The translations under genes and the position numbers were made by a program. Positions 9,410 through 16,631 of a stretch of DNA of 32,000 nt are shown in pieces. Where the stretch lies: positions 1,740,001 through 1,772,000 of the forward strand of contig NZ_CP030918.1 of assembly GCF_003324675.1 (NCBI RefSeq), in the 5' to 3' direction. Each line of letters opens with the position of its first letter. Position 1 is the stretch's first letter. The notes beneath the pieces are model-generated. The model did not search any database. It was given only the letters and a program-made list of their open reading frames with translations, and was not told the origin of the DNA. Source of the stretch: Paracoccus suum (GTDB taxonomy: Bacteria; Pseudomonadota; Alphaproteobacteria; Rhodobacterales; Rhodobacteraceae).

Positions 9410-9660
9410 GACGGGTCTCCTGGTGATTGGGGGAATTCGCGCGCGAGCAATTCGCGAAGCATGTCGGCGACGGTGACGCCGCGTTGAAAGGCGGCGATCT
9501 TGATGCGACCGCGCACCTCCGGCGTGACGTCGATGGTCAGCCTAGCGGTGAAGCCCGTGCTGGAAGCTGGACCAGGCGACACCGGTTCGGCGGACTTGAT
9601 CCAGTCGTCTGGGTCGGAAGGACGCGCGACGAAGCCGCGCCGGGCGCTGGCTTTGGTCAT
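9406..9660 (-). CDS. Ribbon-helix-helix ParG-like partner of ParA (putative centromere-binding protein)
   Basis: Disordered N-terminus followed by RLTIDVTPEVRGRIKIAAFQRGVTVADMLRELLAREF (RHH pattern). ATGA-coupled to parA. Confidence 0.7.
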   Translation of the reverse strand: MTKASARRGFVARPSDPDDWIKSAEPVSPGPASSTGFTARLTIDVTPEVRGRIKIAAFQRGVTVADMLRELLAREFPQSPGDPS

Positions 9661-10295
9661 GGCGCCAACCTCCCGACTTCCGCAGTCAGGGCGGCGATCT
9701 CGCGCGCGGCCGCGCTATTGTCGTCGGCCTCAAAAACGAGGCACCCGGACTGTGCTAGGTCGGCGAAGGCGACACGCTGGCCGATCGTCGCCGACAGCAG
9801 GGGCGGATCGTGGTCGGCCAATGTCTCGGCGGTCTCGCGGGCGATGACGGTGCGTGCAGTGCAGCGGTTGAGTACGAAGCGAGCCATGAGTTGCGGCCGA
9901 TAGATTTGGGCCTCTGCGAGCAGCGCCAGCATTTCGGCCGAGGCCCAGCCATCGAGCGGTGACGGCTGCACAGGGATCAGGACAAGATCGGCGGCGAGCA
10001 GCGCCGAACGCATAAGACCTGCAACGCGTGGTGGTCCGTCGATGACGATGTGATCGGCGTCACGCGCGAGCTCGGGCGCTTCGCGATGAAGTGTGTCGCG
10101 CGCCAGGCCGATGACGCCGAACAGGCGAGGCAGGCCCTCGCGGGTGCGTTGCTGCGACCAGTCGAGCGCCGATCCCTGTGGGTCGGCATCGATCAGGGTG
10201 ATGCGCTTGCCTTCAAGCGCCCATTGACCAGAAAGATGCAGCGCGAGCGTCGTTTTGCCGACGCCGCCTTTCTGATTGAGAAGCGCGACGATCAT
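9657..10295 (-). CDS. parA: ParA-family partition ATPase
   Basis: Deviant Walker A MIVALLNQKGGVGKTTLALHL; 212 aa. Confidence 0.95.
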   Translation of the reverse strand: MIVALLNQKGGVGKTTLALHLSGQWALEGKRITLIDADPQGSALDWSQQRTREGLPRLFGVIGLARDTLHREAPELARDADHIVIDGPPRVAGLMRSALLAADLVLIPVQPSPLDGWASAEMLALLAEAQIYRPQLMARFVLNRCTARTVIARETAETLADHDPPLLSATIGQRVAFADLAQSGCLVFEADDNSAAAREIAALTAEVGRLAP

Positions 10296-11452
10296 TTCGC
10301 GCCTCCAGGCTCGTCGCCGAAGGTGCGATGCGCGTGGCCGGAAGAGCGGTCCGTACAGGCGGAGCTACGAAGAGCCTGATCGGTTACATGCGCTTGAAGT
10401 GATGGCTTTTTGGCCTGGTTCGGCCGCCTTCCGGCGACGTTTTCCACATCGCGCGCGCGCTCTTCAAAGTTAGATTCTTGGTTAGACTCTAAGTTAAGGG
10501 CGCGATTTCGCTTTTTGTTTCCAGAGCTTACACCCTGTTTCGGTTCCCGATAGCACGAGCCTCCGGTTCCCGATAGCACGATAGGTCGGGTTCCTGATAG
10601 CACGAGGCCGTCCACAGGTTGTCCACAGGCCGCCGATGGTTCGAAAGCAAGCAGCAACCGGCCGCCGACTTCGACCTCAAGGAACAGCGAGTAGCCAGGC
10701 AATGGCTGGCGGCGAATGATGTCGCGCAGCTCGAACGCGAAGCGTTTTAATGGCGAAAGACTGCCGGATTTCTGATGCAGGTGGCGGAAGTCGAAGCGCC
10801 AGCCATTGCGTTGTTTGCCGCCATGCTTGCGCACAATGCGGTAGAGCCAGCGATCGAGGCCTCCAGTGAGACCGAAATAGTCCCGGTCGATGGTCAGGAC
10901 GAGCGCATCGTCGAGAACGGCGCGGTAGAACCAGTCCGGCACGATCAGTTCGATGCCAGCGGGACGCCCTTGGCGATCGGTGCGCTCCTGCCATTCATTG
11001 ATCCAGGAGAAACGGTGGCGGCGTCCTTCGGCCGCTTGCCGTATTGAGGTTGCGACCGTGGTCGACTGCAGCCGGTCGAGTGCAGCCTTGAGGCGCTGAT
11101 AATCGCGCATCGATACGCCGCGACCGATGAAATTGAGGATCTCGTAGGGGGTGGCGGCCATCAGGCGCGAAGTGCGAAGACCCTTGTCGCGCGCTTCGAC
11201 GATCTGGCTCGCCGCCCAGATGAGGATGTCGGCATCCCAGATTGTGGCCATGCCATGATCGGGAACCGCCTCGACGCGGATGCTCACGTCGCCGGCGACG
11301 AAATCGATCGGCGCGGTGCGGTGTGACTTGGAGAGGGAGAAGAACGGATAGGCCATGAGGTCCTGCGCATCGCGGGGCGCGAAATCGCCAGGGAGCGCGT
11401 GGAACAGATCGAGTTGTCCGCGCTCCGGAGATGGGCGATGCCGCGTCGTCAT
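10292..11452 (-). CDS. repA: Replication initiator protein A (RPA family) with a long low-complexity C-terminal tail
   Basis: N-terminus LDLFHALPGDFAPRDAQDLMAYPFFSLSKSHRTAPIDF is typical of the family. The stop overlaps the parA start (ATGA). The last ~100 codons run across DNA repeats. Confidence 0.85.
   Translation of the reverse strand: MTTRHRPSPERGQLDLFHALPGDFAPRDAQDLMAYPFFSLSKSHRTAPIDFVAGDVSIRVEAVPDHGMATIWDADILIWAASQIVEARDKGLRTSRLMAATPYEILNFIGRGVSMRDYQRLKAALDRLQSTTVATSIRQAAEGRRHRFSWINEWQERTDRQGRPAGIELIVPDWFYRAVLDDALVLTIDRDYFGLTGGLDRWLYRIVRKHGGKQRNGWRFDFRHLHQKSGSLSPLKRFAFELRDIIRRQPLPGYSLFLEVEVGGRLLLAFEPSAACGQPVDGLVLSGTRPIVLSGTGGSCYREPKQGVSSGNKKRNRALNLESNQESNFEERARDVENVAGRRPNQAKKPSLQAHVTDQALRSSACTDRSSGHAHRTFGDEPGGAK
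10469..10498. repeat. AT-rich pocket with 12-bp phased GTTAGA(T/C)TCT / GTTAAG repeats
   Basis: GTTAGATTCT (10469..10478), GTTAGACTCT (10481..10490) and GTTAAG (10493..10498). Preceded by (GC)5 at 10451..10460. Lies ~175 bp upstream of the parA start, inside the repA tail. Confidence 0.6.
10541..10629. repeat. Iteron-like direct repeats: 3 x CGGTTCC(C/T)GATAGCACGA plus 2 x GTCCACAGG
   Basis: Copies at 10541..10558 and 10564..10581 (identical) and 10587..10605 (one substitution, one extra G), period 23-24 bp. Tandem GTCCACAGG at 10610..10618 and 10621..10629. Confidence 0.8.
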
Positions 11453-11469
11453 TGAAAAGACCGCGCGGA

Positions 11470-11751
11470 TCAGCGGGCGTGACGGCCGGCATGGGATGCC
11501 GGTGCGGGCTCATGGCGTTTCGCGGGTAGCACGCTGCCCCGCGGATCGGAGGTGGACGTCACGGCGCCGCGTTCAGCCCATGCCTCAAGCTCATTGACAG
11601 AATAAACGACGCGCCCGCCAAGCTTGCGATAGGCCGGCCCGGTGCCGTAGGTCCGGTGCTTTTCGAGGGTACGGGCCGAGAGACTGAGGAATTCGGCGGC
11701 TTCCTTGGTGCGGAGGAAGCGCGGCGGCAGGGTCGCGAGATTGGCGTTCAT
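11470..11751 (-). CDS. Excisionase-family HTH (HTH_17/MerR-like) protein; RdfS-like candidate recombination directionality factor
   Basis: FLRTKEAAEFLSLSARTLEKHRTYGTGPAYRKLGGRVVYSVNELEAWAE is a typical excisionase-type winged helix. GGAGG lies 5 nt upstream. It sits immediately downstream of the FseA-like gene. Confidence 0.75.
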   Translation of the reverse strand: MNANLATLPPRFLRTKEAAEFLSLSARTLEKHRTYGTGPAYRKLGGRVVYSVNELEAWAERGAVTSTSDPRGSVLPAKRHEPAPASHAGRHAR

Positions 11752-11886
11752 GGTGGCCTCCGTGGCTTTCGCGGGAGCCGCTGGCGATCAGCGGCGAACG
11801 AAGGCCACGGTGGCGAAGAAGAATAGCGAAGGGGGAGTGCGAACTTGGGGGGGCCTAATTCGCACACCTTGCCCTAGTAGCGCAGG

Positions 11887-12658
11887 TTACGAACGACGGC
11901 GGTGGCGAAGAAGCTTGCGGTAACCGCCGTCGATCATCGCGAAGCCGTCCTTGACCAGATCGAGGACAGCGTCCCGGAGCGCGGACGTTTTCCAGGGGTC
12001 GCTGGCAACGCGTTCAACTCCGAAAATCGCTTCGGCGATCTCGCGATAGTCGGCATTGTGCAAACGGCCGTCAGCGGCGCGCAGCATGTTTTTGAGACGA
12101 CGGCGCTGCTGCGCCGTCATCCGGCTGTCCTGTGGCACAGGCAGGCCGTGAAGGCTTCGCCAGAGTCTGATCAGTGACTGGACACGATCCAGGCTGTGGG
12201 CGTCGAGCGGAATGATGGCGGCGATGGACTGCGTCGGCTCGAGACCCGCTCTCGAGACAAGGTGCAGGCGACCGCTTCCGGTGAGAACCGATATATGCAG
12301 TCCTTCCTCTGAACTGCGGCTGATTTCCGAGCGAATATCCTCGAAAATGCGAGGGCTGACCTGCTCAATTTCCGGGGCGGGTCCGATATGGACTACGCTG
12401 GTGTCAGCTTCCGGCGTCCAGAAAACCGGTTGTTCGAGTGCATTCAGGCTCGGCCTGGCGGGGAAATCGGAGACCCCAGCGATCGCCGATCGCTTCGGTC
12501 TCAGGCCCGAGTTCGGAGGCCGTGCGGATGGAGTTTGCGTAGTCGCGCTGGTAATCGAGATTGCGCCGAAGGCACTCCCACGCCAGTGCATCTACATCTG
12601 CCCGATCGAGATAGTCGTATGTAGTTGATGATCGCCATTCTCTTGTATCGGGCGTCAT
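11887..12658 (-). CDS. fseA: FseA-like transfer activator (DUF6499 N-terminal + DUF2285 C-terminal) encoded in two overlapping frames; predicted +1 frameshift near 12460..12466
   Basis: ORF 12404..12658 (WRSSTTYDYLD...LAWECLRRNLDYQRDY...RWGLRFP) is the DUF6499 part. ORF 11887..12591 (...PVFWTPEAD...MTAQQRRRLKNMLRAADG...YREIAEAIFG...GGYRKLL) is the DUF2285 part and lies +1 relative to the first. GGAGG precedes the ATG at 12658. Confidence 0.75.
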
Positions 12659-12770
12659 TTAATCCTCCCCGTTCAGCGAATACGCGTACAGAGCGAATTG
12701 ATTCCGGGGATTCTATTTCTTGGGAAGGTTGCAAGGCGCAACAGGCGTTGCACTTGAGACAACACGGGAT

Positions 12771-13034
12771 CTAATGAGGCCGGCCGCGCCTGAGCTGCCG
12801 GTAGCCATGCTCGGTCATCCAGTGTGCGCGAGCCAGATGGCTGTCGTGGACGCGGCGAGCGCGGTCCGGCTCAGTCCTTGGACAGATGCCGAAAAGAACC
12901 TCGGCCGCTTCCCGCCAGTCTGCTCCATCTGCCTCTGCGTCCAGCAGACGTGCATAGAGTTTAATGTGCTGTCGGTCATATTCGGTGAGCGACAGCATGG
13001 AAGGGGCTTCGTCGAGGAAATCAATTGTGGTCAT
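12771..13034 (-). CDS. Small stand-alone DUF2285-like protein (QseM-like candidate anti-activator)
   Basis: The 87-aa DWREAAEVLFGI...HLARAHWMTEHGYRQLL parallels the C-terminal YREIAEAIFG...GGYRKLL of the neighbouring FseA-like protein. Confidence 0.6.
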   Translation of the reverse strand: MTTIDFLDEAPSMLSLTEYDRQHIKLYARLLDAEADGADWREAAEVLFGICPRTEPDRARRVHDSHLARAHWMTEHGYRQLRRGRPH

Positions 13035-13128
13035 TAGTCGGCACGTGACACTCTGGGATGGCGGTTGCTATTCTTAAGCACCATTACAGCGCGACGATGA
13101 CAAGCGGGAGGCGGTAGAAGGGTGGGAA

Positions 13129-13389
13129 TTACCGGACTCTGCTGCGTTCGGCTGCTTCGTGCACATCGACAAGCATAACCCCTTCGTTGCGGCCCGATCT
13201 GATGAAGGCGATTCCTTCGGCCTCAAGCGCTCTGCGGACCTGGTCGCTGGTGCTTTCATACACACGCAGTTCAGCGGCCGACTCCATGCGCTTGAGCGCC
13301 GTCAGCGAAACCTTGGCCTTGTCAGCGAGCATCTCCTGTGTCCAACCCAGTAATGCGCGCGCGGCCCGTGTTTGTCGGGAAGTGATCAT
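13129..13389 (-). CDS. XRE/Cro-family HTH transcriptional regulator (QseC-like by position)
   Basis: SRQTRAARALLGWTQEMLADKAKVSLTALKRMES is a canonical XRE HTH. GGAGG lies 9 nt upstream. Confidence 0.85.
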   Translation of the reverse strand: MITSRQTRAARALLGWTQEMLADKAKVSLTALKRMESAAELRVYESTSDQVRRALEAEGIAFIRSGRNEGVMLVDVHEAAERSRVR

Positions 13390-13399
13390 GCATGATCAC
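13382..13399. promoter_or_regulatory. Perfect 18-bp palindrome GTGATCATGCATGATCAC overlapping the XRE start codon (candidate operator)
   Basis: Read directly from the sequence. The centre of symmetry is between 13390 and 13391, and the ATG of the XRE gene is at 13389..13387. Confidence 0.6.
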
Positions 13400-13623
13400 C
13401 TCCCACCGTGCGTCAACGTCACGCCAGAACTACGACTATTATAGACGGAGTTTGAGTGGAAAGCGACCCAGAATCGGTGTTCCTAGAGATTTGACGTCTG
13501 GTCAGTGGCGGGGGCGATTCGGGCAGTGCTAGGCTCTCTCTCCGCAAGCCAAGGCGAGCAGGAGAGATTGTTCGAGGCTTATCGTGCTGCCGGGAGACGA
13601 CGACTCATGCCAGGAACGCCAGA

Positions 13624-13657
13624 CAATTAGGAAATCCCGGCGGCTTACGCCGCCGGG
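13624..13657 (-). terminator. Rho-independent terminator after ssb
   Basis: Minus sense: CCCGGCGGC-GTAA-GCCGCCGGG followed by ATTTCCTAATTG, 16 nt after the ssb stop. Confidence 0.7.
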
Positions 13658-13672
13658 CTCCCGGTATCCCGC

Positions 13673-14074
13673 TCAGAACGGGATGTCATCGTCGTCGATG
13701 AACTTGCCGTCGTCGTTCTGGGTCTGCTTTGCCCGGCTGAGGAAGTCCACCGTCTCGGCAATGATCTCGCAGCCGTAGCGCTCGACGCCCTGCTGATCGG
13801 TCCACTTGGTGTAGTGGATGCGGCCGCGAACCAGAACCTTCATGCCCTTCTCGCAATGCTGCTGGATCGTCTTGCCGAGGCCGTTGAAGGCGGTGATCCG
13901 GTGCCACTCGGTGTCCTGGACGCGATAGCCGTCCTTGTCTCGGACAACCTTGCCTTCCGAGTAGCGGGGGCGCGAGGTGGCCAGCGTGAAGTGGGTGATC
14001 GAGGTGCCGCTCTGGGTGTTGCGGGTTTCGGGGTCCTGGCCGATGTTGCCGGCAAGAATGACGATGTTCTGCAT
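13673..14074 (-). CDS. ssb: Single-stranded DNA-binding protein
   Basis: OB-fold sequence MQNIVILAGNIGQDPETR... with the canonical acidic tail DDDDIPF. ATG at 14074 preceded by GGAGA; the track start at 14128 is probably too far upstream. Confidence 0.95.
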   Translation of the reverse strand: MQNIVILAGNIGQDPETRNTQSGTSITHFTLATSRPRYSEGKVVRDKDGYRVQDTEWHRITAFNGLGKTIQQHCEKGMKVLVRGRIHYTKWTDQQGVERYGCEIIAETVDFLSRAKQTQNDDGKFIDDDDIPF

Positions 14075-14783
14075 TGTAAGTCTCCGTTGCTTCTCGAAGG
14101 GACCATCCCTCCGACGAGACCCGGCCAAGGCCGTCGGGAGACGCCAGCAAGCGCCGCCTTGGCGGCACCTCGCCCTTAAGGCCCGGAGTGGAGCGGGCAG
14201 CCGCGCTTGCGCGGCAACACGGTCCGGAGCCGCGGGGGTTGCGGTCGGAAACCGAACGGACTTAGGGGATCAGTCAGTCGGAGGGATTGGCGCCTCGGAA
14301 AGCTCACACCGGGGACGCACAGCAGAACCGTTCGTCCTTCCCGGCAACGAGGGCGCTACAGGCCCCGATATGAAACCCGCATCAGAGCGGGGTGCGCGCC
14401 GCAGGGATCGCCGTCACGAGCCTCAGCACGCCGCCAGTCGGAAGGCAAGCCGGGACCAGGACGAACGGCTATTGGGCTCCAGGATGTATGGCGTTGTTCC
14501 ACCCCGTCGGCCGAAGGTGCGATCTAGTGAATTGCAGGGCTGGAGAGCATGAAGGTTCTGGTTCGCGGACGCCACGATACGGAGGGGAACGAAGCAGAGA
14601 GTGGCGACCTTGCTAAGGCTGGAAGGGTATCAGCCGATGACCGACTTCCACAGCGGGGCCAATCGGAGCGAAGACCCTGGCAGTTACAGCGCTGGTGACG
14701 CCATTCCTCAGAGCAGGATGCCGGAAGCCCGACGGTGCAAGCCGCGCAAATTTCTTCGTGACCAGCGGCGATTCGCGATCGCA
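14075..14783. other. ~700-bp ORF-free, hairpin-dense intergenic region upstream of ssb
   Basis: No credible ORF in any frame. Hairpins at 14107..14140 (9 bp with a bulge plus inner CGGCC/GGCCG), 14153..14166 (GCCGCC-TT-GGCGGC), 14200..14215 (GCCGCGC-TT-GCGCGGC), 14230..14244 and 14375..14390. Confidence 0.6.
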
Positions 14784-15200
14784 TCAGCGAGACAGGACGC
14801 CTGTGCCGAGCGCATTGAGATTGAGCATCGCCGCTATGCCGATGAAGAGACCGCCCGCGCCGCCGAGCAGGTTCAGCATAATCGTCGAGTCGACGAAGTT
14901 CTTCGTGACGCCATGCACGAGCGCATAACCGGCGATCATCGCCGGCACCGCGAATACGGCGAGGGCGATGAGCCGCAAGGCTGGGTTCTTGGCAAAGCCT
15001 ACGACGGCGATGACCAGCGCCACGGATAGCAGCGCCGCGCCGAGGGCGGCGAGCGCCGACAGCAGGAAGCCGGCCTCCATTCCATAGACATATTGAAAGG
15101 CCGTCAGCCCGACCATGAACGGCAAGGCGTAGATGGCAAAGTTGTAGGCGATGACGCAAAGCGCGATCGTCAGGGAGATGGCAAGCAGGATGAGGGTCAC
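14784..15200 (-). CDS. Small integral membrane protein (about 4 TM helices), function unknown
   Basis: 138 aa, almost entirely hydrophobic helices. GTG start preceded by GGAGG. Confidence 0.7.
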   Translation of the reverse strand: MTLILLAISLTIALCVIAYNFAIYALPFMVGLTAFQYVYGMEAGFLLSALAALGAALLSVALVIAVVGFAKNPALRLIALAVFAVPAMIAGYALVHGVTKNFVDSTIMLNLLGGAGGLFIGIAAMLNLNALGTGVLSR

Positions 15201-15364
15201 GGCAGCCTCCGCATGAACGATTGAGGATCACCACAGGCTGCCGGATAATACGCTCCGCCTGCGACTATGCCAGTTCGCCGTTGCTGCAAATATTCTTCAA
15301 GAAAGCCATCAACCTCGTGTTCAGTCAAGTAGAGGCGGCTGGCAGGCCGCCGAGCGGCGGCGCT

Positions 15365-16333
15365 TTACGCGCCGCCGTCGAACTTCATGACTGGAATGCC
15401 GAGCTTGCGCGCCTTATCCGCAAGGTTCTCCTGAATCCCGGTGCCGGGGAAGACCAGGACGCCGACCGGCAGGACATCGAGCATGGCGTCGTTGCGCTTG
15501 AAGGGCGCGGCCTTGGCGTGCTTCGTCCAGTCGGGCTTGAAGGCGACCTGCGGCACCTTGCGACTGTCAGCCCAGCGGGAGGCGATCAGTTCAGCGCCCT
15601 TCGGCGAGCCGCCGTGCAGGAGCACCATGTCCGTGTGCTTGGCATGAACCTGATCGAGCTTCGTCCAGATCAGGTTGTGATCGTTGAAGTCCGCACCGCC
15701 CGTGACGGCGACTCTGGGACCGGCGGGCAGCAGCACCTCCGTCTCGGCCCGGCGCTTAGCGGCGAGGAAATCGCGGCTGTCGATCATTGCCGAGATGAGG
15801 TTGCGATGGTTGACCATCGAACCGCTGCGCGGCCGCCAGGGCGTGCCGGTGTGGTGCTCGAAGGCGTCCGCCGAGAGGTCGCGGAAGAGTTCCATGCTGT
15901 TGCGCCGTTCGACCAGGGTCTGTCCCTCCGCCGTGAGGCGTTCGAGTTCGACGCTCTTGACCTCGCTGCCATCCTGTTCCCGCTGAAGGCGGCGCTGCCC
16001 CTGCTCGTTGTCGTCCAGTTCGCGTTCGACCCGGTCGGCGGCGCGATGGAAGAGATTGACCGTCGACCAGAGGAGATCGTCGAGATCGGGTTCGAGGCGG
16101 GTGTCGCCGAGCGTCGAGACGAGGGCGTCGAAGATGTCTGCGACGGCTGCGGCGACGGTGTTGCCCTCCGGCAGCGGACGCGGATCGGGTTCGTCCTGGA
16201 AGGGGCGGTAGCCATAGAGCTGGAGTTCGGTGAGGACGTGATCGGTGGGGGATGAGGTGTGGACCGGCTCGAAGCCTGTGTCATCGTCTTCGTTCATCAT
16301 CGGGAGCATCCTTCGTCTGGAGACCGCGCCCAT
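15365..16333 (-). CDS. DUF2493 (SLOG/Rossmann-like) domain protein
   Basis: The C-terminal VAVTGGADFNDHNLIWTKLDQVHAKHTDMVLLHGGSPKGAELIASRWA...VLVFPGTGI matches the DUF2493 pattern common on conjugative elements. The start is uncertain (16333, 16309 or 16300). Confidence 0.7.
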   Translation of the reverse strand: MGAVSRRRMLPMMNEDDDTGFEPVHTSSPTDHVLTELQLYGYRPFQDEPDPRPLPEGNTVAAAVADIFDALVSTLGDTRLEPDLDDLLWSTVNLFHRAADRVERELDDNEQGQRRLQREQDGSEVKSVELERLTAEGQTLVERRNSMELFRDLSADAFEHHTGTPWRPRSGSMVNHRNLISAMIDSRDFLAAKRRAETEVLLPAGPRVAVTGGADFNDHNLIWTKLDQVHAKHTDMVLLHGGSPKGAELIASRWADSRKVPQVAFKPDWTKHAKAAPFKRNDAMLDVLPVGVLVFPGTGIQENLADKARKLGIPVMKFDGGA

Positions 16334-16631
16334 CGCGGCCTTCGCAGGCGTCGAAGCTCACGGGCGGGACGGCCTGGCAGCCCTCGTGCTCCCGCGAGGG
16401 CCTTGATGGCCAAGCCGGCTATTTTGCTTCGCGATGCAAAGGCGGGGCTTGCCCCGCTGGCGGAAAATAGCCGAAAGCGCAGCGCCATTGCCCGGCTGGC
16501 CCGTTTGTGAGCCGATCGCCCTCTCAGAAGGCCGTGGGCGCCCTCTCCGACGCGGGAAGGGTGTTCCCGATGATGAGTGGAGACGGCAGGCGGAGCCATT
16601 CAGAGCTTTGCCCCATCCCCCGCCGATCCTC

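Noticed and set aside
10541-10605. Direct repeats as a CRISPR array
   Set aside because: There are only three 18-19 bp repeats with 5-bp spacers, they lie inside an ORF, and no cas genes are present.
14075-14128. 18-codon N-terminal extension of ssb in the ORF track
   Set aside because: The SSB OB fold begins at MQNIV, which has its own GGAGA SD at 14074. The extension is Arg-rich and lies in the structured leader.
14524-15234. 236-aa minus ORF spanning the membrane-protein gene and part of the ssb-upstream region
   Set aside because: It is out of frame with the clearly hydrophobic 138-aa membrane protein, which has its own GGAGG and GTG start, and its composition is Arg/Pro/His-rich.
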